From the sequence record NC_061440.1: a stretch of 64,000 bases of DNA. One strand, written 5' to 3'. Numbering within the stretch: the first letter of the stretch is position 1; each line of letters starts with the position of its first letter. The position numbers were made by a program, and so were the translations under genes. A model generated the notes under the pieces. It was not told the DNA's origin. It saw only the letters and a program-made list of their open reading frames with translations, and made no database searches. Positions 46,585-55,774 of this stretch are shown here, piece after piece.

Positions 46585-47042
46585 AAAAAGCAAAGGTAGT
46601 AATTAGTCGTGGTGGATATCGACCGGCCTCCCACGAAGAAGCACAAAAGCTGGTGGTCGAAATGTTGTTAGCTTCAATCGGCGTTGACCCTACTATACTG
46701 AGCCAACAAATGCTGTTGAACGTTGCGAACTATAACTTCCTGACGTCAATCGCAGATACAGGCAAAGCAAATAACGCGAACCAGACAACTCTGCATAAAA
46801 CTGTAAAAGAACTTAATGCGTTTTGTAGATTGCACAAGATTCCGCTGGGCTTGCTAATTATGCCCCATACATCGGCTAGTGATTATGCTGGTGATGAGGT
46901 TGTAGCGATTCCATGGGAGCATGTGCTTAAAAACACATTAAGCCAGAACGCTGTCAATTCCCTGTTCCAAACAGTCGAAGCTGATGGCTATCCGCAGTTT
47001 GTGACTGACGCGAAAACAGTAGAGGAATACAATGTTTTATGA
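46581..47042 (+). CDS. Hypothetical protein
   Basis: ATGA coupling. Confidence 0.7.
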   Translation: MKKAKVVISRGGYRPASHEEAQKLVVEMLLASIGVDPTILSQQMLLNVANYNFLTSIADTGKANNANQTTLHKTVKELNAFCRLHKIPLGLLIMPHTSASDYAGDEVVAIPWEHVLKNTLSQNAVNSLFQTVEADGYPQFVTDAKTVEEYNVL

Positions 47043-48312
47043 TCACGTATTCAACCACGACGAAAAGCTAACGCTCTTGTCGGTGGCTGAGTCTAAATTC
47101 CTGGTGCGGCTCGACTGCCCTGATTACTTGAAGAAGTCGAAGCACTCAATTGAGATTCGCCACACTGTAACGAACCGCGGCGAGCAACGTCGAAGCGGTG
47201 TTGTGAATACAACCTTTGTTCCGCGTATTCATACTGCAACCGTTCAGCGTTTGGTGCGTGAAGTTCGTGACAATGCTAACGTTAGTTCTGCGAACAGCCT
47301 AGCCGCGTTGTTCGAACTTGGTCTGGGTGTGCCTAAGCAAAAGGACATTGCAACGTACCTGCGAGACTACTCGCGTGATAACGATAAGAAGGGCGTGGGC
47401 ATCAAATATATCCGCAAACTGATTAACGAGTATCATCGCAAGCACCGTCATAGTTTTGCAGGAAGTCGCTGGCTGATGCCTGCTGTGTACACCGCGAACT
47501 TGCTGAACATGCAGTCATTCATTCATCTGAAAGAAGACGGCTACAGCAAGAAGGTCAAAGTGCCTGACGGTCTGCCTGTTGTTCTGATCTACCAGAACAC
47601 GAACCACGCCGAAGCTGAGTTCTCTTTGTGTGACGCGTTTGCGATTAGCCCACTGGGTTATCCGATGCCGTTCGCCCAGATTGCTCTGCGTCCTGAGTTC
47701 AAGGCTGCACCGAAGACCTTCCGTTCTAAAGCGTTACGCGGCAAAGGTATGTATAGCATGGTGATGGGTATCATGCACTGGGAGAACGGCGATGCACTGT
47801 CGAACTTCCGTGAACTGATGGCTATCGACGACGAGCCGTATCTGACTCTGCTGGGCGATGAGCAGTACGCTGACCGTCGCAGCCCTGAATATCAGGCTCT
47901 GCTGGACAAACGTGCTGAGTTCCATGAGCAACGCCATGAGCATAACGAAGCGATTGCGAAGTATGGCAACACGACCCGTACGCTCAAGCCTAAGCAGGTG
48001 GAACGACTCGAACGTGCGGAAGCCTTCTTCAAAGAACGCAAAGCGTTTATGGACGAGTTTGATAAGTTCGAGAAGAAAGAGAACCATCACGCTGCGAAGA
48101 AATTCGCTGTGGCCCGAGCGCAGTTTGCTGCCGTTGATTGTGGTACCGTTATCGACCGTTCAACCTACATGGCGGTTGCTTCCGGCCTTGATACTGTAAA
48201 CAAGATTCTCACGAAGTGGGGATTTACGACGGTCGACACTGTTAATAGTAGTTTGAAGAAGTCTATCCTTACATACGACCCAACGACCGCTACTCGCGTC
48301 TGGTCTGTGTAA
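47032..48312 (+). CDS. Hypothetical protein (426 aa)
   Basis: GAGGA RBS. Confidence 0.8.
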   Translation: MFYDHVFNHDEKLTLLSVAESKFLVRLDCPDYLKKSKHSIEIRHTVTNRGEQRRSGVVNTTFVPRIHTATVQRLVREVRDNANVSSANSLAALFELGLGVPKQKDIATYLRDYSRDNDKKGVGIKYIRKLINEYHRKHRHSFAGSRWLMPAVYTANLLNMQSFIHLKEDGYSKKVKVPDGLPVVLIYQNTNHAEAEFSLCDAFAISPLGYPMPFAQIALRPEFKAAPKTFRSKALRGKGMYSMVMGIMHWENGDALSNFRELMAIDDEPYLTLLGDEQYADRRSPEYQALLDKRAEFHEQRHEHNEAIAKYGNTTRTLKPKQVERLERAEAFFKERKAFMDEFDKFEKKENHHAAKKFAVARAQFAAVDCGTVIDRSTYMAVASGLDTVNKILTKWGFTTVDTVNSSLKKSILTYDPTTATRVWSV

Positions 48313-48317
48313 ACCAC

Positions 48318-48333
48318 TTATCTGAGGAGATAA
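48318..48333 (+). promoter_or_regulatory. SD hairpin TTATCT-GAGG-AGATAA
   Basis: Before ATG 48337. Confidence 0.85.
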
Positions 48334-48336
48334 CGC

Positions 48337-51300
48337 ATGTCATCTAATACTAATAATCTGGGCGCTGCTGCAACATTCGGCTCTGAGACTCAAAAGCAAT
48401 TGAACGACCAACAACGTCGTGCTCATTCTGCTGAGTCGGGCCACGTAAACAAATGTACCATCGTTGTACTGACTTCCCTGAATGCCAACAATCGTTTCTC
48501 GTACATGTCTGCCGACGAGCAACTGCGTGAACACGATATCGTGGGCAAAGTAATGGACCGTCTGCCTGGTTTGATCGAACGTGCGTCTGGCGTTTCTTCT
48601 GACCCAAACAGTGCGTACTACATTCTGCATCCGAACAACGGCGTGCCGACCCGCATCGACGAGCGCATCAAAATCGGTGAAGCTGATTCTGTCATCGTTT
48701 CATATACTGTAAATAAAGCAGTGTCAGAAATGTATGGCAGTTTGTCACTGGCCCTGTTTAGTGCTGGCGAAGGTGATATCGCAGACCTCGCGGCTGAGTA
48801 TGGTATTCACTCCATCTCAATCGTTGAAGAGGCGAAAGCGCCTGACTACATCAAAGCTCTTGCCGAACAGGTAGAAGCTCTGAAAATTGTAAATCTCACT
48901 AGCATTGACGAAGCTGATGGTGCTCTTGAGAAGCCTGTCATTAATTACAGCGCTCTGCCGGGCAATCCAATCAACGTACTGTCTGGCGCTGTTCGTACCT
49001 TCATCATGCAATCTATCAGCGGCGAAGTCTTTGCTGCAATTCCAAATAACGGAGAATTGAACGTGAAACAACCTACCAACGCAACGCCGGTTAATCTGGA
49101 CGAAGACTTCGACGCAGAAGACGAAGTGGTGGACCAGCAGGGCGAAGGCGAAGAAGGCGAAGAGCCTACCGGTACTGACCTGTTCGGCTACAAAGCAGAA
49201 GCGCTGGACATTGGCCAGATGACCGAAGCTCTCGAAGCTCTGTCGTATGACGTTAGCGCGATGGACGAAGCAGGCATTCGTGAGTCGTTCGAAACTGAGC
49301 AACAAATCTGGCTGGAAAAGAACGACAACGCCGAGTCTGATGAAGAAGAAGACGATGGCGAAGAAGTTGAAGACGACGAAGATGAAGCTGGTGACGACGA
49401 ACCTCTGAACCCAGCTCTGTATCTGGCTCACCTGCTGTCTGCTGATATGCTGGACCGCCGCGCTCTGAAAACTCTGGTGCTGTCGCAGGACCTGAAGGTG
49501 TACAAGTCTGACACCGAAGAAACTCTGACAACCAAGTTGTTGGAATCGGTCGAAGACGCGACCGAAGAAGAACTGGTCGAAATGCTGACCGTGTTCGTTG
49601 GCCTGCTGGACGAGAAAGAAATTGATTGTCCGAACATGCGCGCCGCTCTGGCTTCTGATGAAGATTCCGAAGAAGAAGATTCTGAGGAAGAAGAAGACGA
49701 AGAAGAAGAGGAGGACTCCGAAGAGGAGTCTGAGGAAGAAGACGAAGACGAATCTGCTGTTGCCGATGAAGACGAAGTGCAACATCAAATCGACGCCGTT
49801 GAAGATCCCCTCGACTACTTCCAGTTCCCGGGCGGCGCACTGACTGCCGAGCAACGTATCGCTGCTGTTGAAGCGATGGGCGAAAACACCGAAGGCATGT
49901 CTATCGTGCAGGTGATGAAAGCGTTCCAGCGTATTCAAACCCAGACCAACGAAATCGACGTTGAGTCCGAAGGCGAAAGTAACGTTGCAGAACTCGAAGC
50001 GCTGCTTGGTCAGTACGACGAAGCGACCGTTCAGCATGTAGCTGAAAGCCTGGGCATCCTCGTTGACGAATGCGAAACCGTTGACGATATGATCGAAGCG
50101 ATTGCTAACGGCGGTAGCGAAGACGACTTCGCGGCTGTTGAAGAAATCGCAACCAACTACGGTATCGACCTGTCTGAAATTGCAGACGGTGATGATCTGG
50201 ACTTCGTTGATGCGCTGCTTGCCGTGCTGCCTGCGTTCCTGTCTGACGACGAGCAGGAAGAAGAAGACGAAGAAGAAGACGAAGCGGAAGAAGTTGAAGA
50301 AGCCGCTGATGTTGACACCGACGTTGTTGAAAACGATAGCCTGCGCTTCGTCAAAGACGTTAACACCGAAAACTCTGCCGGCCCGATGTTGTCTGTCGAA
50401 ATGGACCAGTCACTGGTGATCAACTTTACTTTGACTGACGGTGATACCTACAGCGAAATCGAATCTGAGCTGGCTGATATCAACGGCGTAAACTACCGCT
50501 ATCCGTTCAACATGGGTAAAGCTGGTAAAGCACCGGGCGCGATGCTGCTGCCTGCCCAGTCTCTGATTGAGATTACTGAGCGCACTCGCACTACTCGCTT
50601 CCTGGCCGATCCGAAAACGTTCGACGTTGCACTGTGGGCACAGAGCCTCGAAGCAACTCTGGCTGCTGAAATCGCTGCTGTCCTGTATGAAGGCCGCATC
50701 GAAGACGGTCAAGACCCAAGCGAAGCGGGCATTGTTGTCGGTGACTTCCTGGACGAAGAAGAACTGGAAGCGGCCACTGAACTCGGCCACATCGACCCTG
50801 AGCAGTTCGACGAAATGCAAGGCGACCACCTGCCTATCTCCAGCCTGTACAGCGCTCGTTCTCGTGTGCGTCCCGTGCGTGTAGATACCGCTTATGTTGC
50901 TCTGCATACCACCGTGCTGAACGTTGCAGTCCCTGGTTTCTGGGGCGATGCGCCAGTACAGCGTATGGTTCAGGCCGCTGTCAACCGTGTCATTACAATG
51001 GCGCAGGACATTGAAGGCATCAAAGTGTACGCAGGCTTCACTATGGAATCTGCCGCACTGCTGAACAACGATCGCCTGTTCGAAGCGCTGTCTACGCTGC
51101 GTGAGATCGAGAACGTCCAGTCTTACTCTGCTGCTGACGCTGCAAACTTCGACGATGCCGAAGACGTGATCGAAGTAGCTGGTGCGCTCGACTCTCGTGA
51201 CCTGCCACTGTCTATCCTGTCAAGCGGTCTGGCTGCTGCGACCTTTGACAACGGCGGTGACCTGACCGTTCTGGTTCCGTGCTCTGTCGTCGAAGAAGAA

Positions 51301-51342
51301 GACGAAGTGGACGAAGACGAAGACGACGGCGAAGACGAATAA
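48337..51342 (+). CDS. Very acidic 1001-aa protein with repeated small helical modules
   Basis: D/E tracts separating short helical segments. Confidence 0.85.
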   Translation: MSSNTNNLGAAATFGSETQKQLNDQQRRAHSAESGHVNKCTIVVLTSLNANNRFSYMSADEQLREHDIVGKVMDRLPGLIERASGVSSDPNSAYYILHPNNGVPTRIDERIKIGEADSVIVSYTVNKAVSEMYGSLSLALFSAGEGDIADLAAEYGIHSISIVEEAKAPDYIKALAEQVEALKIVNLTSIDEADGALEKPVINYSALPGNPINVLSGAVRTFIMQSISGEVFAAIPNNGELNVKQPTNATPVNLDEDFDAEDEVVDQQGEGEEGEEPTGTDLFGYKAEALDIGQMTEALEALSYDVSAMDEAGIRESFETEQQIWLEKNDNAESDEEEDDGEEVEDDEDEAGDDEPLNPALYLAHLLSADMLDRRALKTLVLSQDLKVYKSDTEETLTTKLLESVEDATEEELVEMLTVFVGLLDEKEIDCPNMRAALASDEDSEEEDSEEEEDEEEEEDSEEESEEEDEDESAVADEDEVQHQIDAVEDPLDYFQFPGGALTAEQRIAAVEAMGENTEGMSIVQVMKAFQRIQTQTNEIDVESEGESNVAELEALLGQYDEATVQHVAESLGILVDECETVDDMIEAIANGGSEDDFAAVEEIATNYGIDLSEIADGDDLDFVDALLAVLPAFLSDDEQEEEDEEEDEAEEVEEAADVDTDVVENDSLRFVKDVNTENSAGPMLSVEMDQSLVINFTLTDGDTYSEIESELADINGVNYRYPFNMGKAGKAPGAMLLPAQSLIEITERTRTTRFLADPKTFDVALWAQSLEATLAAEIAAVLYEGRIEDGQDPSEAGIVVGDFLDEEELEAATELGHIDPEQFDEMQGDHLPISSLYSARSRVRPVRVDTAYVALHTTVLNVAVPGFWGDAPVQRMVQAAVNRVITMAQDIEGIKVYAGFTMESAALLNNDRLFEALSTLREIENVQSYSAADAANFDDAEDVIEVAGALDSRDLPLSILSSGLAAATFDNGGDLTVLVPCSVVEEEDEVDEDEDDGEDE

Positions 51343-51354
51343 TATCGTCTAAAC

Positions 51355-51381
51355 GAGTGGCTCGAAAGGGCCACTCACTTT
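51355..51381 (+). terminator. Probable terminator
   Basis: GAGTGGCTC-GAAA-GGGCCACTC followed by ACTTT. Confidence 0.7.
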
Positions 51382-51398
51382 CTTGGGGATCTGTAAAC

Positions 51399-52220
51399 AT
51401 GACACAAGAAGTAGACCACGGAGCTAACATCGTTCAGATGATTGGTGACCGTGACGAGAAAATCCGCGAACTGACCGCAAACTACCGCGAAGTGCATGGT
51501 CAGAAGGTTGACCTTGAAGCTGAGTTAAATGTCTTTGCGAACGAGAACAAAGACCTCCGCTTAACGATTCGCCGTAACGAACGTACTCATGCCGCCGAGA
51601 TTGCTCTGCGCGATGAACGCATTCGTGAAGTGGTTGGTTTCTGCAACGAAGAAACTCGCGCAAAAGCTGAGTTATCCGCAGAACTCGAATCTGTAAAACA
51701 AAAGAGCGCACCGGCAATTGCCCTGCCCTTCGTTTTGCAATTGATAATGTCTTCTGGCGTAGCGCACTACCACGCAATCATCGCCCAATGCGCTATCGCT
51801 GCTGTTAACCGAGCAACAAATAAAGTTGCCCGCGAGTTGCGTGAAATCTATGATAACGATAATGTAGTGAAGCATCCTTCGCTGTATCGTGTCGCAACCC
51901 GCCTGTGTAGACAACTCGATGTTGACCTGCCGACTGTTCCTGAACTGCAAAAGCACCTCAAAGAATACGTGGCGCAGAACATCGACTTCTACCTGAAGGA
52001 CCCGCAGTACGATCTGACTGAATCTGCCTTGCGTCAGATTATCGCTGCGAAAAACAATGCTGCACATTATGGCTCTTATGGTCGTGATGTGTATCAGATG
52101 TTTGACTGGCTACCAGCTCTGACTGCAAGCCTGGAAGATGTTGAAGATGACTACAACGATTTGGTGGAACAATCTGTCTATCAAGTCTGTCGTAATCTGA
52201 TTAGCGATAGCTTTTCTTAA
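51399..52220 (+). CDS. Coiled-coil hypothetical protein
   Basis: Heptad-like N-terminal half. Confidence 0.75.
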   Translation: MTQEVDHGANIVQMIGDRDEKIRELTANYREVHGQKVDLEAELNVFANENKDLRLTIRRNERTHAAEIALRDERIREVVGFCNEETRAKAELSAELESVKQKSAPAIALPFVLQLIMSSGVAHYHAIIAQCAIAAVNRATNKVARELREIYDNDNVVKHPSLYRVATRLCRQLDVDLPTVPELQKHLKEYVAQNIDFYLKDPQYDLTESALRQIIAAKNNAAHYGSYGRDVYQMFDWLPALTASLEDVEDDYNDLVEQSVYQVCRNLISDSFS

Positions 52221-52246
52221 TCTGTAAAAGTTACCTGCAATCAAAA

Positions 52247-52265
52247 CTGTAAACACTAATTGAAG
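52247..52265 (+). promoter_or_regulatory. CTGTAAAYWYTAATTGAAG motif (candidate phage-sigma promoter)
   Basis: Near-identical to 52956-52974. Confidence 0.5.
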
Positions 52266-52314
52266 TTCGAACCGAGCGACAAGCTCACACTTATAAAATC
52301 CCGGAGCATTAACA

Positions 52315-52866
52315 ATGGCTAAAGCACCAAAGACTTCACTGACACCTACCCTGGTTTCTCGTATCGCTAAAAAATCCGGCTCTATCGGTACTTCAAAAGT
52401 TAAGCCGTCTGACCTGCCGCACGATATCGTGATGGAAACCGTGTTGCCTGTTGAGCTGATTGGCTTCATTACCGACCGCACCGAAAACAGCGTTACCATT
52501 CGTCACAAAAAAGGTCACGGTTCTTCTGCGCAAATCGTTTCTACCTTCGGCCCGAACCAACTGCTGTCCGTGCTGGGCGAAGCTGGTTCTCACGGTAGCG
52601 TTATCGCTCTGATTAATGCGCCGGTTCGTGAATACAAAGGCTTCAACGTTAAATACAAAGGCTCAACGCTGATCGCTACCTCTGTTGAGACTGGCGAAGT
52701 TGTTGAAGTGAACACCGCACTGCCGGGCATCACCGTTCGCGCTACTGTGAACGAAACTGCTGCCGCTAAAAAGTACGGTACGCCGCTGCCTACCAAAGCT
52801 AAAAAGCTGGACAAAGGCGATAAAGCTGGCAAATCTGCGAAAGCGGTAAAGAAAGTAAAAAAGTAA
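52315..52866 (+). CDS. Basic hypothetical protein (183 aa)
   Basis: K-rich termini. Confidence 0.85.
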   Translation: MAKAPKTSLTPTLVSRIAKKSGSIGTSKVKPSDLPHDIVMETVLPVELIGFITDRTENSVTIRHKKGHGSSAQIVSTFGPNQLLSVLGEAGSHGSVIALINAPVREYKGFNVKYKGSTLIATSVETGEVVEVNTALPGITVRATVNETAAAKKYGTPLPTKAKKLDKGDKAGKSAKAVKKVKK

Positions 52867-52892
52867 GTAAGTCTGACGAAGACTTCTAACTT

Positions 52893-52974
52893 TCGAAATC
52901 TGTAAATATTAAGTATGCAGCGGGATAAAATGTTCCGCTGCCTGTCTCTCGAAATCTGTAAATCTTAATTGAAG
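52893..52974 (+). promoter_or_regulatory. Tandem TCGAAATCTGTAAAT motifs (52893-52907, 52949-52963)
   Basis: 15-bp direct repeat upstream of ORF 53010. Confidence 0.55.
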
Positions 52975-53009
52975 CAACGTCGCTTCTAATCAAACAGGAA
53001 ATAAATACC

Positions 53010-53807
53010 ATGGCTAAAGCAACCGCAAATACCGCAGCAATCGTTCTGGCTAAAATGCTGGGCGTAGTTATCGAAAACGCCGACGCGAAAGAAATCGCAG
53101 CAATCCTGAAAGAAGCCGGTCTGACTGTCTCTGGCGGTAAAGTGGTAAAAGCTGAAAAAGGCGGTAAAGCTGCTAAAGGCAAAAAGGCCAAAGCACCTAC
53201 CGTTGCTGAAATCGTCGCTGCCATCAAGGACGAAGAAGAACTGGACATCTCCGGCGTAAGCGAAGATGACCTGCGCGCCGCTGTAGTTAAAGCGAAACTG
53301 TCCACCGCTAAGAAAGCAAAAGCGCTGGACGAAGATGACCTGCGCGATCTGCTGAACGAAAACCTGGGCGGCGAGTCCGATGAGGACGAAGACGAAGACG
53401 AAGAAGAAGAGGACGACGAAGACGAGGACGAAGACGACTCGGACGACGAAGATGAAGACGGCGACGACGAAGACGAAGACGACGAAGACTCTGATGAAGA
53501 AGAAGAGGACGACGAAGACGACGAAGACGGCGACGACGACGAAGAAGAAGAGGACGACGAAGATGAGGACGAAGATGAGGACGAAGATGAAGATGATCTC
53601 GACCTCGACTCCCTCGACAAGAAAGAGCTGTTAGCTCTGGTCCTCGAACACAAGCTGGCGCCGGCTAAGAAAGCCAAGAAAATGGACGAAGATGAACTGC
53701 GCGAACTGTGCGAAGAACACTTCGGTGGCGAAGACGACGAAGACGAAGATGAGGACGAAGACGACGAAGACTTCGACGATGAAGACGAAGACGAAGACGA
53801 CGAATAA
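53010..53807 (+). CDS. Asp/Glu-rich protein with two HeH-like modules
   Basis: About 80-residue D/E tract between two homologous 40-aa modules. Confidence 0.85.
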   Translation: MAKATANTAAIVLAKMLGVVIENADAKEIAAILKEAGLTVSGGKVVKAEKGGKAAKGKKAKAPTVAEIVAAIKDEEELDISGVSEDDLRAAVVKAKLSTAKKAKALDEDDLRDLLNENLGGESDEDEDEDEEEEDDEDEDEDDSDDEDEDGDDEDEDDEDSDEEEEDDEDDEDGDDDEEEEDDEDEDEDEDEDEDDLDLDSLDKKELLALVLEHKLAPAKKAKKMDEDELRELCEEHFGGEDDEDEDEDEDDEDFDDEDEDEDDE

Positions 53808-54025
53808 GTCCTGATCTGAACCAGCCGCCCCTCTAGTTCTAACGAATGAGCGAGGGGCAAATATTCGTGTTAAAATGATGCGAATATTTTTGTAAAAAGT
53901 TTCAAAATTCCTGTTGTCGTATGTTGAACATAATAATGTATGACTACAGGAAATCAAACCTGAATAAATTTATCTTTTCATCCAGCGGTGAAAACGCCGC
54001 ATCAAATATAAAGTAAGGAACTATC

Positions 54026-54544
54026 ATGTCCAAGAAAGCAATTAGCGGCCTGAACAAAGAAATCCGCGCAATCGAAAAATCTGAAAAAGCTCTGACCAAA
54101 ACCGCTGGCGAAATCACCAAACAGTCCGAAGCGCTGGCTGCTCGCCGTGCTGGTCTGAGTGCCCAGGTCGAAGCTCTGCAAAACGACGGCGCGGCTCCTG
54201 CTGCTAAACCTGCTAAAGCGAAAGCCGCTAAAGCAGAGAAAGCTGCTAAGCCTGCCAAAGCTGAAAAAGCTGGCAAGAAAGCTAAAGCTGAAAAAGCTGA
54301 AAAACCTGCTAAGGCTAAAAAAGCCAAAGCTGAGAAAGCTGAGAAGCCTGCTAAAGCAGACAAAAAAGCAAAAGCCGCCAAAGCTGAAAAGCCGGCCAAA
54401 GCTGAAAAAGCTGGTAAGAAAGCTAAAGCAGAAAAACCTGCTAAAGCTGAAAAAGCCGGCAAGAAAGTGAAAGCCGACAAAGCTGGCAAAGCCGGTAAGA
54501 AAAGCAAAAAAGAAGCCGAAGACTTCGACTTCGATATGGAATAA
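54026..54544 (+). CDS. Histone H1-like Lys/Ala/Pro-rich protein with an N-terminal coiled coil
   Basis: Repeats such as AKAEKAGKK and AEKPAK. Confidence 0.8.
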   Translation: MSKKAISGLNKEIRAIEKSEKALTKTAGEITKQSEALAARRAGLSAQVEALQNDGAAPAAKPAKAKAAKAEKAAKPAKAEKAGKKAKAEKAEKPAKAKKAKAEKAEKPAKADKKAKAAKAEKPAKAEKAGKKAKAEKPAKAEKAGKKVKADKAGKAGKKSKKEAEDFDFDME

Positions 54545-54576
54545 GCAAGCGCCGCGCATTAGCGGTACTTGATTCG

Positions 54577-54608
54577 AAAGGGCAGCGCTGACGAGCGTTT
54601 GCCCTTTT
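54577..54608 (+). terminator. Intrinsic terminator
   Basis: AAAGGGCA-GCGCT-GACG-AGCGT-TTGCCCTTTT. Confidence 0.8.
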
Positions 54609-54641
54609 GTCATATCTGTGTCAATTTTCGAGGTGAATCGA

Positions 54642-55124
54642 ATGTCTGCCGAACATCTGCTCAACGACGACCTGCCTGACGACTCCTTAGTTGTCCCTGC
54701 ACTCAAACAGGACAAGCCTTCCTATTACGACTTGATGACGCTACGCTTAGAAGCTGGCGCACGTCTTGCTCGCTCCCTTAAAACTCTGGTCGATGCGCGT
54801 GTCATTCACGGTCCAGCGTTAAACGACCTGCTTCCATCCGCGTTGCGTATCGCTGAAACCCACTGGGCTGATATCTGCAACGGCCTAACTCCTGTCCATG
54901 ATGAGAAGAATAAAATCACGCTTGTTGGCAATCTGCCTGCATGTATTGAAGCGTTCCGCATTGTCGTTATGGAACATGCACAACGTAACGCACTGGAACT
55001 TGAGTGTCGTAACATGGTGGCACACGGCGATGGCTTTAAGCTGCTGACTCGCCCTCAACTGCTGCATATTGAACCTAAACACGTCTGCGATGGAAACTGC
55101 GACCATGACTCAAAAGCTGTCTGA
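54642..55124 (+). CDS. Hypothetical protein
   Basis: GAGGT RBS. Confidence 0.75.
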   Translation: MSAEHLLNDDLPDDSLVVPALKQDKPSYYDLMTLRLEAGARLARSLKTLVDARVIHGPALNDLLPSALRIAETHWADICNGLTPVHDEKNKITLVGNLPACIEAFRIVVMEHAQRNALELECRNMVAHGDGFKLLTRPQLLHIEPKHVCDGNCDHDSKAV

Positions 55125-55647
55125 GCAACTCAACCGATATTTCAACCTCATGGAGAAAATCCGTGAGCAACTGTTCCGCACTCTGCCTGTGTCCGACCGT
55201 TACATGTGCATCGTAAGTTTCAGCACACAATACCAAGCATTGCAATGCGACCTCGTTAGCAAAGAGAGCCTGCTGCCTGCTAAACTCATCGAAGGCCTGA
55301 CTGGTCAAGAGCTGGTGGTGTATGGAACAATCAAAGCCCAGATTGAAAAGTGGGTTGCAGACGGTATGGTCGATGACTTCCCTATCGCGCAGGACGCCGA
55401 CACGTATGCTCAATATCGTGTGTCTGTCGGTGATGCAGAAACAGACCAGAGCCGTCAGACGATAGCTGATGAGGACTTGGCTGCGTATGTTGAATCGTTG
55501 CCTAAGTCAGATGCCCTGAAATACGTTGACCCTCTGAGCAAGTATGAGCTGGCTATTCTCTGCAAAGCATGGGGCATTCCCCAAGATGCCAGTGAGACTG
55601 TCATGCTGTCTCTCATCAAGGGTCATATTCTGCGCCGCGCTTCCTAA
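55105..55647 (+). CDS. Hypothetical protein with a C-terminal SAP/HeH-like segment
   Basis: LSKYELAILCKAWGI....SETVMLSLIK. Confidence 0.7.
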   Translation: MTQKLSEQLNRYFNLMEKIREQLFRTLPVSDRYMCIVSFSTQYQALQCDLVSKESLLPAKLIEGLTGQELVVYGTIKAQIEKWVADGMVDDFPIAQDADTYAQYRVSVGDAETDQSRQTIADEDLAAYVESLPKSDALKYVDPLSKYELAILCKAWGIPQDASETVMLSLIKGHILRRAS

Positions 55648-55657
55648 CTCAAACTCT

Positions 55658-55710
55658 GCATATTTCTGGACAGAACCTGAGTAGCGTCTAATACTTTCGT
55701 ATGATATAAT
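55658..55710 (+). promoter_or_regulatory. Promoter: GCA-N7-GG box plus extended -10
   Basis: GCATATTTCTGGACAGAA ... TGATATAAT. Confidence 0.8.
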
Positions 55711-55774
55711 AGCTTGAGACAAGTAGTGTCTGAACATGCTAATATCGAGTAGTTAACGCTACTCATAGGAGAAC

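Noticed and set aside
47032-48312. GNAT call from LRGKGMYS
   Set aside because: A single short motif without the flanking pattern.
12375-48333. SD hairpins as canonical CsrA sites
   Set aside because: They do not fit CANGGANG with an ANGGAN hexaloop; the A of GGA is paired in the stem.
43374-50037. Minus-strand ORFs 43896-44849, 45425-46444 and 48817-50037
   Set aside because: Same shadow effect; they lie almost entirely opposite well-supported + strand genes.
52315-52866. Sm/Hfq-like fold
   Set aside because: Only a vague beta-strand pattern; it would need structure prediction.
53880-53945. A 13th GCA-N7-GG promoter upstream of the H1-like gene
   Set aside because: AT-rich and probably a promoter, but it lacks GCA/GG at the required spacing.
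52886-54715. Long minus-strand ORFs (poly-Ser 52886-53860; 53944-54507; 54002-54715)
   Set aside because: They are antisense shadows of D/E- and K/A-rich plus-strand genes, whose codons lack reverse-strand stops; I saw no supporting RBS or motifs.
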